Under the pieces are notes generated by a model. The model had not been told where the DNA came from. It did not search any database and saw nothing but the letters and a program-made list of their open reading frames with translations. Positions 27,243 to 34,848 of a stretch of DNA of 34,848 bases are shown piece by piece. The stretch lies in the IMG/VR virus record IMGVR_UViG_3300008266_000656, positions 1-34,848 of that record. One strand, written 5' to 3'. This DNA comes from a virus. Lineage: Duplodnaviria > Caudoviricetes. The translations under genes were made by a program, and so were the position numbers. Numbering within the stretch: the first letter of the stretch is position 1; each line of letters begins with the position of its first letter.

Positions 27243-28327
27243 TGGATAATTTTATAATTCATCTTCATCTTTATATTACTAATAAGGAAGCAGAATTAAC
27301 AGCCTTTATTAATATTAAAAATCTTAAAGAACATGGATTTAAAATATTAATAACGTCACCCTTTAATTTGCCTGATTATTTTTATCCACATATAGATTAT
27401 TTTTTATTAGATAGAGAAAATCAAATATTTAAAGAAAAATATAAGGATATTGAACCTATTATTTGGTGGAATCAAATAGATCCTAATATGACTTTTAATT
27501 TTCTTATAGATGGATTTCAAACCCATGGATTAGCTGTTTTAAGATCTATGATAAAAGGATCAAGTATAGCTAAAGCATTAGGATATGAGTATATTATTCG
27601 ATTTGAATATGATGATCTTTTTGGGAAATATTCTTTAAATAAAATAAGTGAAATTTGTAGTTTTGTAAAAGATAGTGATTTAAATTTTTATTTATTTAAA
27701 AATCACTATAATGATTCTAAAAAAGATGTATCTACTCATTTAATGTTTTATAAAAGTCAAAAATTTTTAGATATATTTGAACCTATAAAAGATGAAAATG
27801 ATTATATTTCCTTTTTAGAAAAAATGGAAATACCCAAAAAATCCTTAATATTGGAAGAATTCATTTATAGAGCAATAGATTTATTTGGAGAAAAGATCCA
27901 TTATGAAAATGGATTTGCAATGAAAACAGAATTTTATGACACTCAATTCAATACCCATCAAGCCCCTTTAGGAGTAACCAAGGGAGTCCTCTCAGATGTT
28001 ATGAGAATAAAACGAAATTCTATATATGATCCTTATAAGCTTTGTCTTGTTTGTAGAAATGTAGATTCACAAACTCCAATTTGTATTTACTTTGATGTAT
28101 TTGATCATGATCAAAACTTATTATACACAATGTCTTTTCAATTAGATTGTATAAATGAATGGAAATTAGATTATGTTCATGAAGTTAAAAATGTAGGCTC
28201 TATTAAAATAAGACACGGAGATGATCCACATCATAAAACTTTTTTGGTTTTAAATAATGAAGATGGAGTTACTATTAGAAATGCTGACCTAGATGGAGCT
28301 TTACCTGAAATTACTTTCAAAATATGA
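27242..28327 (+). CDS. Hypothetical protein, possibly divergent GT-A-type glycosyltransferase
   Basis: Coupled ORF inside the GT cluster, with an HGLAVLR...AKALGYEYIIRFEYDD pattern carrying a DxD-like acidic motif. Confidence 0.55.
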   Translation: MDNFIIHLHLYITNKEAELTAFINIKNLKEHGFKILITSPFNLPDYFYPHIDYFLLDRENQIFKEKYKDIEPIIWWNQIDPNMTFNFLIDGFQTHGLAVLRSMIKGSSIAKALGYEYIIRFEYDDLFGKYSLNKISEICSFVKDSDLNFYLFKNHYNDSKKDVSTHLMFYKSQKFLDIFEPIKDENDYISFLEKMEIPKKSLILEEFIYRAIDLFGEKIHYENGFAMKTEFYDTQFNTHQAPLGVTKGVLSDVMRIKRNSIYDPYKLCLVCRNVDSQTPICIYFDVFDHDQNLLYTMSFQLDCINEWKLDYVHEVKNVGSIKIRHGDDPHHKTFLVLNNEDGVTIRNADLDGALPEITFKI

Positions 28328-29424
28328 AATTTACTATAGTTACTAGTTTTTATAATGGTTCTCATTTTATTTCTAGATTATATGAGAGAATAAAAGCCCA
28401 AACTTATACAAATTGGGAATGGATAGTTACTGATGATTTTTCCTCAGATGCAGAAGACGCTAAAGAAATTCTATCATATATTTCTAGTAGAGATAGAAAA
28501 ATAAAATATGTAGAGCAATCTTCTAAAAAAGAAATGTTTTATAACCCTCAAAATTTTTGTAAAGAGGCAGAAATAATTATACAAATGGATCAAGATGATT
28601 ATCCTCTACCTAAAGCATTAGAAGTATATCATCATTTCTTTACTAAATTTCCTGATACTATAGTAATTACTGGAGCCGGAAATTCATTTAGAGAAGATGG
28701 AAACTGGATGAATTTTCATAATCCTGATTTTGTAGATCAAAAAAATATGACCTGTGGTTATTTAACCTATTTAAGAGCTTGGAGAAATAACCCTAATATT
28801 AATTATGATTTTAATCCAAACGATTGGATGAAATATTACTATAATGACTTATCTATACTATGCACCCTAGAAGAACAAGGCAAAATACTCCATCTCCCTA
28901 GAAACTTATATTATTATAATTATAGAGAAAATTCTATATCTCATACATTTTATGCTAATGAAGCTGTAGAAGAAGGACAGGAATTAATAAGAAAAGTTAA
29001 TGCTAGACGTATTAATAAAGATGTAGATACGTTTAATAGATATTTTGAACCTATACATAAAGAATCATTATGTTTGATGGATCATAACTTAAATGATGTT
29101 AAAGTTCAACAAAAAATAGTTTATTTAGACAAACAATTAGATTTTAAGAAACATTCATTACTTAAAGAATTATTTTTTGATCATGATTTAAACATAAATA
29201 AAATAGATGGAAATGAAGATGCTTTGATTTGCGTATTAAGGGATAAATCTGATTTAGATTATTTTTTTGATATAGATAATAAATATAATATAAAAAACAG
29301 CCAACTAGTTATTTGGAATCAAGCCAAAAATCCTTATACTAATATTTTACTAGATAAAGTGTCTCAAAAATACCAATTCTGCTACTCAGCAGCTTATCAA
29401 TTAATTATCAACTTAATAAAATGA
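28324..29424 (+). CDS. GT2-family glycosyltransferase
   Basis: FTIVTSFYN, QTYTNWEWIVTDDFSSD, MDQDD and LYYYNYRENSIS motifs. Confidence 0.9.
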   Translation: MKFTIVTSFYNGSHFISRLYERIKAQTYTNWEWIVTDDFSSDAEDAKEILSYISSRDRKIKYVEQSSKKEMFYNPQNFCKEAEIIIQMDQDDYPLPKALEVYHHFFTKFPDTIVITGAGNSFREDGNWMNFHNPDFVDQKNMTCGYLTYLRAWRNNPNINYDFNPNDWMKYYYNDLSILCTLEEQGKILHLPRNLYYYNYRENSISHTFYANEAVEEGQELIRKVNARRINKDVDTFNRYFEPIHKESLCLMDHNLNDVKVQQKIVYLDKQLDFKKHSLLKELFFDHDLNINKIDGNEDALICVLRDKSDLDYFFDIDNKYNIKNSQLVIWNQAKNPYTNILLDKVSQKYQFCYSAAYQLIINLIK

Positions 29425-31508
29425 AAATAATTAATGTCACGCCGGGCTTATTACCAATCCCCCCTAATGGTTGGGGTGCAGTAGAAAAAATTATATGGGA
29501 AACACATAATGCTTTATTAGAATTAGGGTATAATTCTCAAATTTTATATTTGGACGAAGTAAAAGATTATGATGTAGTTCATATCCATGTTGCTAATCTA
29601 GCTAATTTAGCACATGAGCGTGGTATTCCTTATTATTTCACTATGCATGACCATCATGCCTACCTATACGGAAAAGATTCTCAAGTATATAAAGAAAATC
29701 TACAAGCAATAAAAAATGCTAAAAAAGCATTTGTACCTGCTAAATTTTTAATTGATTATTTTGAAGGAATACCTGAATATTTTTCCCATGGAGTAAATAC
29801 AGACTATTTCACCCCAGGGGAATTTAAAGAACATAAATTATTGTGTGTAGCAAATAATGGTTTTATTCATGATCAAGCTGAAGATAGAAAAGGTTTTGGG
29901 TATGCTATTGAAGCAGCAAAACAATTAAATTTGCCTATTACAATAGCAGGTCCTATTAATAATAAAAAGTATTTTGATACTTTTCCTCCTGATTATGATA
30001 AACTTACTATTCTTTATGATCTTAATGAGGAACAACTAAGAAAATTATATCAAGAACATAGTGTATTTATTCATGCTTCTATATTAGAAGCAGGTCATCC
30101 TAATTTAACATTGTTAGAAGCATTAGCTTCTGGTTTACCTATAATAGGAACATATGAAAACAAAGATGGATTAGATGGAATGGTTATAGTAGAAAGAGAT
30201 GTAGATCAAATAGTAAAAGCTTTCAATAAAATTACTGCTAGACAACTAAAGTATGACTTATATTCATTTAAGGCAAGGCAACAGGCATTACATTTATCTT
30301 GGAAAAACAGAACAAAAGATTTATTAAAAAAATATGAGACAAATATGAAAGATCAATTAATATCTATTTATAAATCAACAAAAAAGTTAGGGATACCTTC
30401 AAAAGTAAACGTTCCTAAATTTAATATTAATTTTATTAATGGTCCGTTTGCTGAAATATTAGATTCACCTTATAAAAAACATAAAGTAAGTTTTATTAAT
30501 AAAAAATCTAATGTAGTAGAATATTCTCAAGAAATAAGTACTAATTGTTGGGTTAGAACAAGCAAACAATATTATATAGATTGGAAAATAAAAATAGAAG
30601 ATGAGAATGGTAATTTAATATATCAACATGATTTAGATCTTAAAGACAAAAGAGTATATATTGCTTTAGATTCTAAATCATTAGGTGATACCTTAGCTTG
30701 GTTTCCTTATGTTGATGAATTTAGAAAAAAACATAACTGCAAAGTTATATGCTCTACATTCCATAACTATTTCTTCCAATCACAATACCCAGAAATTGAA
30801 TTTGTTAAACCTGGAGATACTGTTTATAACTTATATGCAATGTATGTTATAGGGTGGTTTTATAATAGTGATAATGTTGTTGATTTTAATAAAAATCCCT
30901 TTGATATTAAACAACAAAATCTTCAAAAAACAGCATCTGACATTTTAGGATTAGATTTTGTAGAAGTAAAACCAAAGTTAAAAAAACCATTAGTTGTAAA
31001 GAAAAAACAAGTTGCAATTGCTATACATAGTACAGCACAAGCAAAATATTGGAATAATCCTACTGGATGGCAGGAAATAGTTGATTGGTGTAATGAACAA
31101 GGATATGAAGTTGTACTATTATCTAAAGAAGAAGATGGTTATATGGGTAATAGAAATCCAACCGGAATTAAATACCCTGATTCTTTTGATATGGAAACAA
31201 CTGTAAAAACACTTAATGAATCAGAAGTATTTATAGGTATAAGTAGTGGATTAAGTTGGTTATCATGGGCTACCGATACCCCTACTGTGGTTATTTCTGG
31301 ATTTACTGAAGAATATACCGAACCTGATAGCTGCTATCATATTAGCGCCCCAGAAGGTAAATGTAGAGGATGCTTTAATTCCCATAGACTAGACGCTGGT
31401 GATTGGAACTGGTGCCCAGTACATAAAGGAACACAACGTCAATTTGAATGCTCTAAAGAAATATCTGCAGATAGAGTAATAGAAACTTTAAAAACAATAT
31501 TAAAATAA
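29421..31508 (+). CDS. GT4-like glycosyltransferase fused to Aah/TibC-like (autotransporter O-heptosyltransferase family) domain
   Basis: N-terminal IPPNGWGAVEKIIW...EAGHPNLTLLEALASGLP. C-terminal SLGDTLAWFPYVDEFRKKHNC, STAQAKYWNNPTGW, FIGISSGLSWLSWA, VISGFT, and the four-Cys motif CRGC...WCP...FEC. Confidence 0.85.
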   Translation: MKIINVTPGLLPIPPNGWGAVEKIIWETHNALLELGYNSQILYLDEVKDYDVVHIHVANLANLAHERGIPYYFTMHDHHAYLYGKDSQVYKENLQAIKNAKKAFVPAKFLIDYFEGIPEYFSHGVNTDYFTPGEFKEHKLLCVANNGFIHDQAEDRKGFGYAIEAAKQLNLPITIAGPINNKKYFDTFPPDYDKLTILYDLNEEQLRKLYQEHSVFIHASILEAGHPNLTLLEALASGLPIIGTYENKDGLDGMVIVERDVDQIVKAFNKITARQLKYDLYSFKARQQALHLSWKNRTKDLLKKYETNMKDQLISIYKSTKKLGIPSKVNVPKFNINFINGPFAEILDSPYKKHKVSFINKKSNVVEYSQEISTNCWVRTSKQYYIDWKIKIEDENGNLIYQHDLDLKDKRVYIALDSKSLGDTLAWFPYVDEFRKKHNCKVICSTFHNYFFQSQYPEIEFVKPGDTVYNLYAMYVIGWFYNSDNVVDFNKNPFDIKQQNLQKTASDILGLDFVEVKPKLKKPLVVKKKQVAIAIHSTAQAKYWNNPTGWQEIVDWCNEQGYEVVLLSKEEDGYMGNRNPTGIKYPDSFDMETTVKTLNESEVFIGISSGLSWLSWATDTPTVVISGFTEEYTEPDSCYHISAPEGKCRGCFNSHRLDAGDWNWCPVHKGTQRQFECSKEISADRVIETLKTILK

Positions 31509-31540
31509 TTTGGTTGTCTTCTAAATTTATTATATATTTA
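31509..31540 (+). promoter_or_regulatory. Bacteroidota-type promoter candidate TTTG-N20-TATATTTA
   Basis: TTTG at 31509-31512 and TATATTTA at 31533-31540, intergenic, upstream of the ATG at 31564. Confidence 0.6.
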
Positions 31541-31563
31541 TATACGAAACAAAAAACAAATTT

Positions 31564-31815
31564 ATGGTATTACTTATTATTGCAATTATTGTAGCTGGTG
31601 TTGTAGCTGCAGTTGTTTTAAACAGCAAAAAACAGTCAACTGAAACCCAGGCAAGTTCAGCTCCTGAACAACCAACTCCTGTTGTTGAAAAGGTTGAAGA
31701 AGCAGTTAAAGAAGTAGCTGCTGAGGTTAAAAAACCAAAAAAAGAAATTACTAAAAAACCTGTTGCTACTCCTAAACAGTCTGTTTCTAAAAAACCTTCA
31801 AAAAAGAATAAATAA
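31564..31815 (+). CDS. Small membrane-anchored protein with Lys/Pro/Glu-rich tail
   Basis: N-terminal hydrophobic stretch MVLLIIAIIVAGVVAAVVL followed by a low-complexity charged tail. Confidence 0.75.
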   Translation: MVLLIIAIIVAGVVAAVVLNSKKQSTETQASSAPEQPTPVVEKVEEAVKEVAAEVKKPKKEITKKPVATPKQSVSKKPSKKNK

Positions 31816-32069
31816 TGAGTGAAGAATCTAAATTTATTTCTGAAGAAGAATTGCTTCAAATTAAATCTTTTAAAGCTCAAAAAGATAATATTGCTTTTTC
31901 TCTAGGTAAAAATCGCCTTGAAAAAGAAACACTACTTGCTTCTTTCAGAAATGTTGCTACTCAAGAGCAAGAATATTATAATAAACTCTCTATTAAATAT
32001 GGAGATGGTAGTCTTGACCTAAATACAGGGGAAATTATTCCTTTCAATAATAATGAACAAAATAACTGA
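31815..32069 (+). CDS. Small coiled-coil protein, paralog of 32294-32563
   Basis: EELLQIK...LSIKYGDGSLDLNTGEIIP. Confidence 0.75.
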   Translation: MSEESKFISEEELLQIKSFKAQKDNIAFSLGKNRLEKETLLASFRNVATQEQEYYNKLSIKYGDGSLDLNTGEIIPFNNNEQNN

Positions 32070-32286
32070 AATATTTAGTTCATGGGTTGCCGCTGCTGAT
32101 CCAACACCTGAACAACAAGCAGTAGCCGAATATCGTGCTGCTGTTTGTGATTCATGTGAGAAAAAAAAATATATTACTGCTATTAATTCATTTATTTGTG
32201 GTGCCTGTGGTTGTCCTTTAAGTAAAAAAGTATTTAGCCCAAGACCCGGACCTCAGGCTTGCCCATTAGCTAAATGGGAAAAATGA
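32053..32286 (+). CDS. Small Cys-rich putative metal-binding protein
   Basis: R..VCDSC...CGACGCPL..K...CPLAKW pattern. Confidence 0.75.
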   Translation: MNKITEIFSSWVAAADPTPEQQAVAEYRAAVCDSCEKKKYITAINSFICGACGCPLSKKVFSPRPGPQACPLAKWEK

Positions 32287-32293
32287 TTAAGTT

Positions 32294-32563
32294 ATGTCAC
32301 AATTAACACAAGAAGAATTACAATCAATTAAAGAACTCCAATCTAAGTATAACCAAACATTATTTGAAATTGGTGTAGCTGAAGCGCAGCGTTTAGCATT
32401 GGTAGAGCAAGTTGAAAAACTTGAAAATAATAAGAAGACATTATTAGGTGACCTTTCCACAATTGAACAAAAAGAAAACGACCTAATCAAATCACTCCAA
32501 GATAAATACGGAACCGGGTCTATCAATTCAGAAACGGGAGAAATCACACCTATTCAACAGTAA
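32294..32563 (+). CDS. Small coiled-coil protein, paralog of 31815-32069
   Basis: EELQSIK...LQDKYGTGSINSETGEITP. Confidence 0.78.
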   Translation: MSQLTQEELQSIKELQSKYNQTLFEIGVAEAQRLALVEQVEKLENNKKTLLGDLSTIEQKENDLIKSLQDKYGTGSINSETGEITPIQQ

Positions 32564-32639
32564 TCTGCGTTTTATAGCGGTTTTTGGATATTTATTATTA
32601 GGTCAATCCTATTAAAATTTTCAAAAACAATTATACAAA

Positions 32640-34163
32640 ATGGCAGAAAAAATCTTATCTCCTGGCGTATTCCAAAATGAATCAGATCAATCATATGGTG
32701 GTCAAACATTACTTGTAACTAGAATTATTAGTGGAACCTCCAATCTTAGTACCTATGCAAGTTCTTCAGTAGCTGATATTAATGATGATACAGTTGATAA
32801 TTCATTTGAACTTGAAACTTTAGCATGGGGTAACCAAATGAATAATAGTAGCGGTACTGAAGTTAGTGGTGCTTTGCCAAACGGTAGTGCAACCAATGTT
32901 CGCTGGGAAGTTACAACTGTAAATACAGGAAGTGGTACATTTACTTTAACAGTTCGTGCTGGTAATGATAATAATGCTCAAAAGAATTATTTAGAAACTT
33001 GGGCTAATTTATCATTAGATCCAATGTTACCTAATTATATTTCTCGTGTAATTGGTGATTTAAAACCTGTATATGATGCTACAAATAATATCATCAACTA
33101 TAATGGTTCTTATGCTAATGCTTCTCAATATGTTCGTGTTAAATCTGTATCCAAACCACACATAGATTCAATTGATAATAATGGTAGCTTCAAATCAACT
33201 CAATATAGTGGTAGCTTACCAGCTGTAGGAAGTGGTTCATTTGGTGGTGGGGCTGCAGCAACAGCTAACCAGCAATTAATGAATGAAAATATCACAACAA
33301 CTAATATTCAAGGATTTGCTCCTGCTGATTATGTTACTGCATTTGGTATTTTAACCAATAAGGATGAATATAAATTTAATGTATTAATTGCTCCTGGTGT
33401 TGGTTTAGATTGTAGCGCTGCTTCACAATTAATTTCAACAGCTGAAGGTCGTGGTGATTCAATTGCCATTGTAGGTGCAGGTATTTATGGTACTTCTATT
33501 TCATCTGCTGCTAACGCTGCTGCCGGACAATCAAGTAATTATGCAGCTTGTTACTATCCTTGGGTTCAATTATATAGCTCTGGTTTAGGTAAGGCTGTTT
33601 GGTCTCCTGCTCCTACAGTAATGGGTGGTGTATTTGCATTTAACGATCAAGTTGGTGCTGAATGGTTTGCACCTGCTGGTTTAAATCGCGGTGGTGTTCC
33701 TTCAGTATTACGTGCTGAAAGAAAATTATCTCAATCTGATCGCGATACATTATATGAAGCAAATGTTAACCCATTAGCTACATTCCCTGGAGAAGGTGTT
33801 GTAGTATTTGGCCAGAAAACATTGCAGAAAAAACAAACCGCTCTTGATCGTGTAAACGTTCGTCGTTTGTTGATTGCATTAAAAGACTATATCGGCCAAG
33901 TAGGTAACAACTTAGTATTTGAACAAAATACAAATGTTACTCGCAATCGCTTCTTAGCTCAAGTTAACCCATACCTTGAATCAGTAGTACAACGTCAAGG
34001 TTTATATGCTTACAAAGTAGTAATGGATGATTCCAATAATACTCCTGATGTAATCGATCGTAACCAACTAGTAGGTCAGATCTATATCCAACCAACTAAA
34101 ACTGCTGAATTTATTATCTTGAACTTCAACGTACAACCAACTGGCGCTACATTCCCTGCATAG
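32640..34163 (+). CDS. Contractile tail sheath protein (gp18-like)
   Basis: LSPGVF N-terminus, YYPWV, WFAPAGLNRG, VNPLATFPGEGVVVFGQKTL, DRVNVRRL, FEQN and IQPTKTAEFI motifs. Confidence 0.95.
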   Translation: MAEKILSPGVFQNESDQSYGGQTLLVTRIISGTSNLSTYASSSVADINDDTVDNSFELETLAWGNQMNNSSGTEVSGALPNGSATNVRWEVTTVNTGSGTFTLTVRAGNDNNAQKNYLETWANLSLDPMLPNYISRVIGDLKPVYDATNNIINYNGSYANASQYVRVKSVSKPHIDSIDNNGSFKSTQYSGSLPAVGSGSFGGGAAATANQQLMNENITTTNIQGFAPADYVTAFGILTNKDEYKFNVLIAPGVGLDCSAASQLISTAEGRGDSIAIVGAGIYGTSISSAANAAAGQSSNYAACYYPWVQLYSSGLGKAVWSPAPTVMGGVFAFNDQVGAEWFAPAGLNRGGVPSVLRAERKLSQSDRDTLYEANVNPLATFPGEGVVVFGQKTLQKKQTALDRVNVRRLLIALKDYIGQVGNNLVFEQNTNVTRNRFLAQVNPYLESVVQRQGLYAYKVVMDDSNNTPDVIDRNQLVGQIYIQPTKTAEFIILNFNVQPTGATFPA

Positions 34164-34210
34164 GGGATGTAGTTGCTAATATTTATTAATAGCAATAAAA
34201 TAAACATAAA

Positions 34211-34696
34211 ATGGCAGTATTAGACGCTAACGAAATAATGTTCACAGCCTTTGAACCTAAAGTTCAGAATCGTTTTATCATGTATATTGATGGTATTCCG
34301 TCGTACTTGATTAAAAAGGCTTCTGCTCCTGGATTCGAAGCTGGTGAGATTATTTTAGACCACATTAACGTTTACCGTAAAGTAAAAGGTAAAGTTAAAT
34401 GGAATGACATGACTTTAGAATTATACGACCCTGTAACCCCATCTGGTGCACAAGCAGTAATGGAATGGGCTCGTTTAGCACACGAATCAGTAACTGGCCG
34501 CGATGGTTACTCTGATTTTTATAAAAAAGACATCACATTAGACATTTTAGGCCCAGTAGGTGACGTAGTAGGTGAGTGGATTGTTAAAGGTGCTTATTGT
34601 AAAACAGCCACATTCGGAGATTACGATTGGAGTGCTGATGCAGCAATTAGTTTATCTGTAACATTAGCAATGGATTACTGTGTACTCAACTTCTAA
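34211..34696 (+). CDS. Tail tube protein (gp19-like)
   Basis: FEPKVQNRF, KVKWNDMTLELYDP, VMEW, YKKDITL..LGPVG.VV.EW..KGA motifs, directly after the sheath gene. Confidence 0.92.
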   Translation: MAVLDANEIMFTAFEPKVQNRFIMYIDGIPSYLIKKASAPGFEAGEIILDHINVYRKVKGKVKWNDMTLELYDPVTPSGAQAVMEWARLAHESVTGRDGYSDFYKKDITLDILGPVGDVVGEWIVKGAYCKTATFGDYDWSADAAISLSVTLAMDYCVLNF

Positions 34697-34721
34697 AAGA
34701 TCCTTCATATTTTTTTCTTTT

Positions 34722-34749
34722 GGTGTCTGCTTTTGCAGACACCTTTTTT
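34722..34749 (+). terminator. Rho-independent terminator after tail tube gene
   Basis: GGTGTCTGC-TTTT-GCAGACACC perfect 9-bp stem followed by TTTTTT. Confidence 0.88.
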
Positions 34750-34785
34750 CTGCATATATTTATATATACACAAATAAAATAGTTT

Positions 34786-34848
34786 ATGGCCGAATTAAAA
34801 ATCCCAACAGAAACAGTTACATTACCCTCAAAAGGTTTATTGTACCCC
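34786..34848 (+). CDS. N-terminal fragment of baseplate hub/tail assembly protein (gp26-like), truncated by window edge
   Basis: MAELKIPTETVTLPSKGLLYP contains the P...V.LPS.G motif and follows the tail tube gene. Confidence 0.7.
   Translation, partial: MAELKIPTETVTLPSKGLLYP

Noticed and set aside
21743-31508. Interpretation as a DNA hypermodification or host LPS/serotype conversion cluster
   Set aside because: No base-modifying, nucleotide-kinase, flippase or multi-pass membrane genes are visible, and the cluster lies inside the virion module. It is not formally excluded but is less supported.
124-32547. Other short minus-strand ORFs (124-342, 1785-1967, 5414-5644, 6106-6324, 19894-20172, 20523-20867, 31530-31880, 32287-32547 etc.)
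   Set aside because: They overlap well-supported + strand genes and have no recognisable motifs.
1-34848. Stop-codon reassignment as seen in some large phages
   Set aside because: Genes are intact and densely packed under the standard code. TGA (e.g. 28327, 29424, 32286) and TAG (34163) end genes at sensible positions.
1-34848. tRNA, rRNA, introns, inteins, transposases or homing endonucleases
   Set aside because: Intergenic gaps are short and AT-rich, and no cloverleaf, splice or endonuclease motifs were recognised by eye.

Overview
This window is the virion morphogenesis region of a large, AT-rich T4-like myophage. All credible genes are on the + strand and read in the standard genetic code. 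Gene order: 3' end of a scaffold-like gene, gp23-type major capsid protein, PhoH, neck/head-completion and gp15-like genes, three large fibre/adhesin genes, a ~12 kb modification cluster, small genes, tail sheath, tail tube, and the 5' end of a gp26-like baseplate gene. Two of the fibre genes carry long proline-free Gly-Thr-Ser/Gly-Ser-Ser triplet tracts, and the third is a nested beta-propeller mosaic. The modification cluster encodes two 2OG-Fe(II) oxygenases, several glycosyltransferase domains including an Aah/TibC-like protein O-glycosyltransferase, and FkbM and CmcI-like methyltransferases. The main hypothesis is a phage-encoded virion fibre O-glycosylation/methylation system that acts on the Ser/Thr-rich Gly-X-X fibres. 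Promoter-like motifs (TTTG-N20-TATATTTA) and the lack of obvious Shine-Dalgarno sites point to a Bacteroidota host. All family assignments come from motif recognition by eye, not from database searches.
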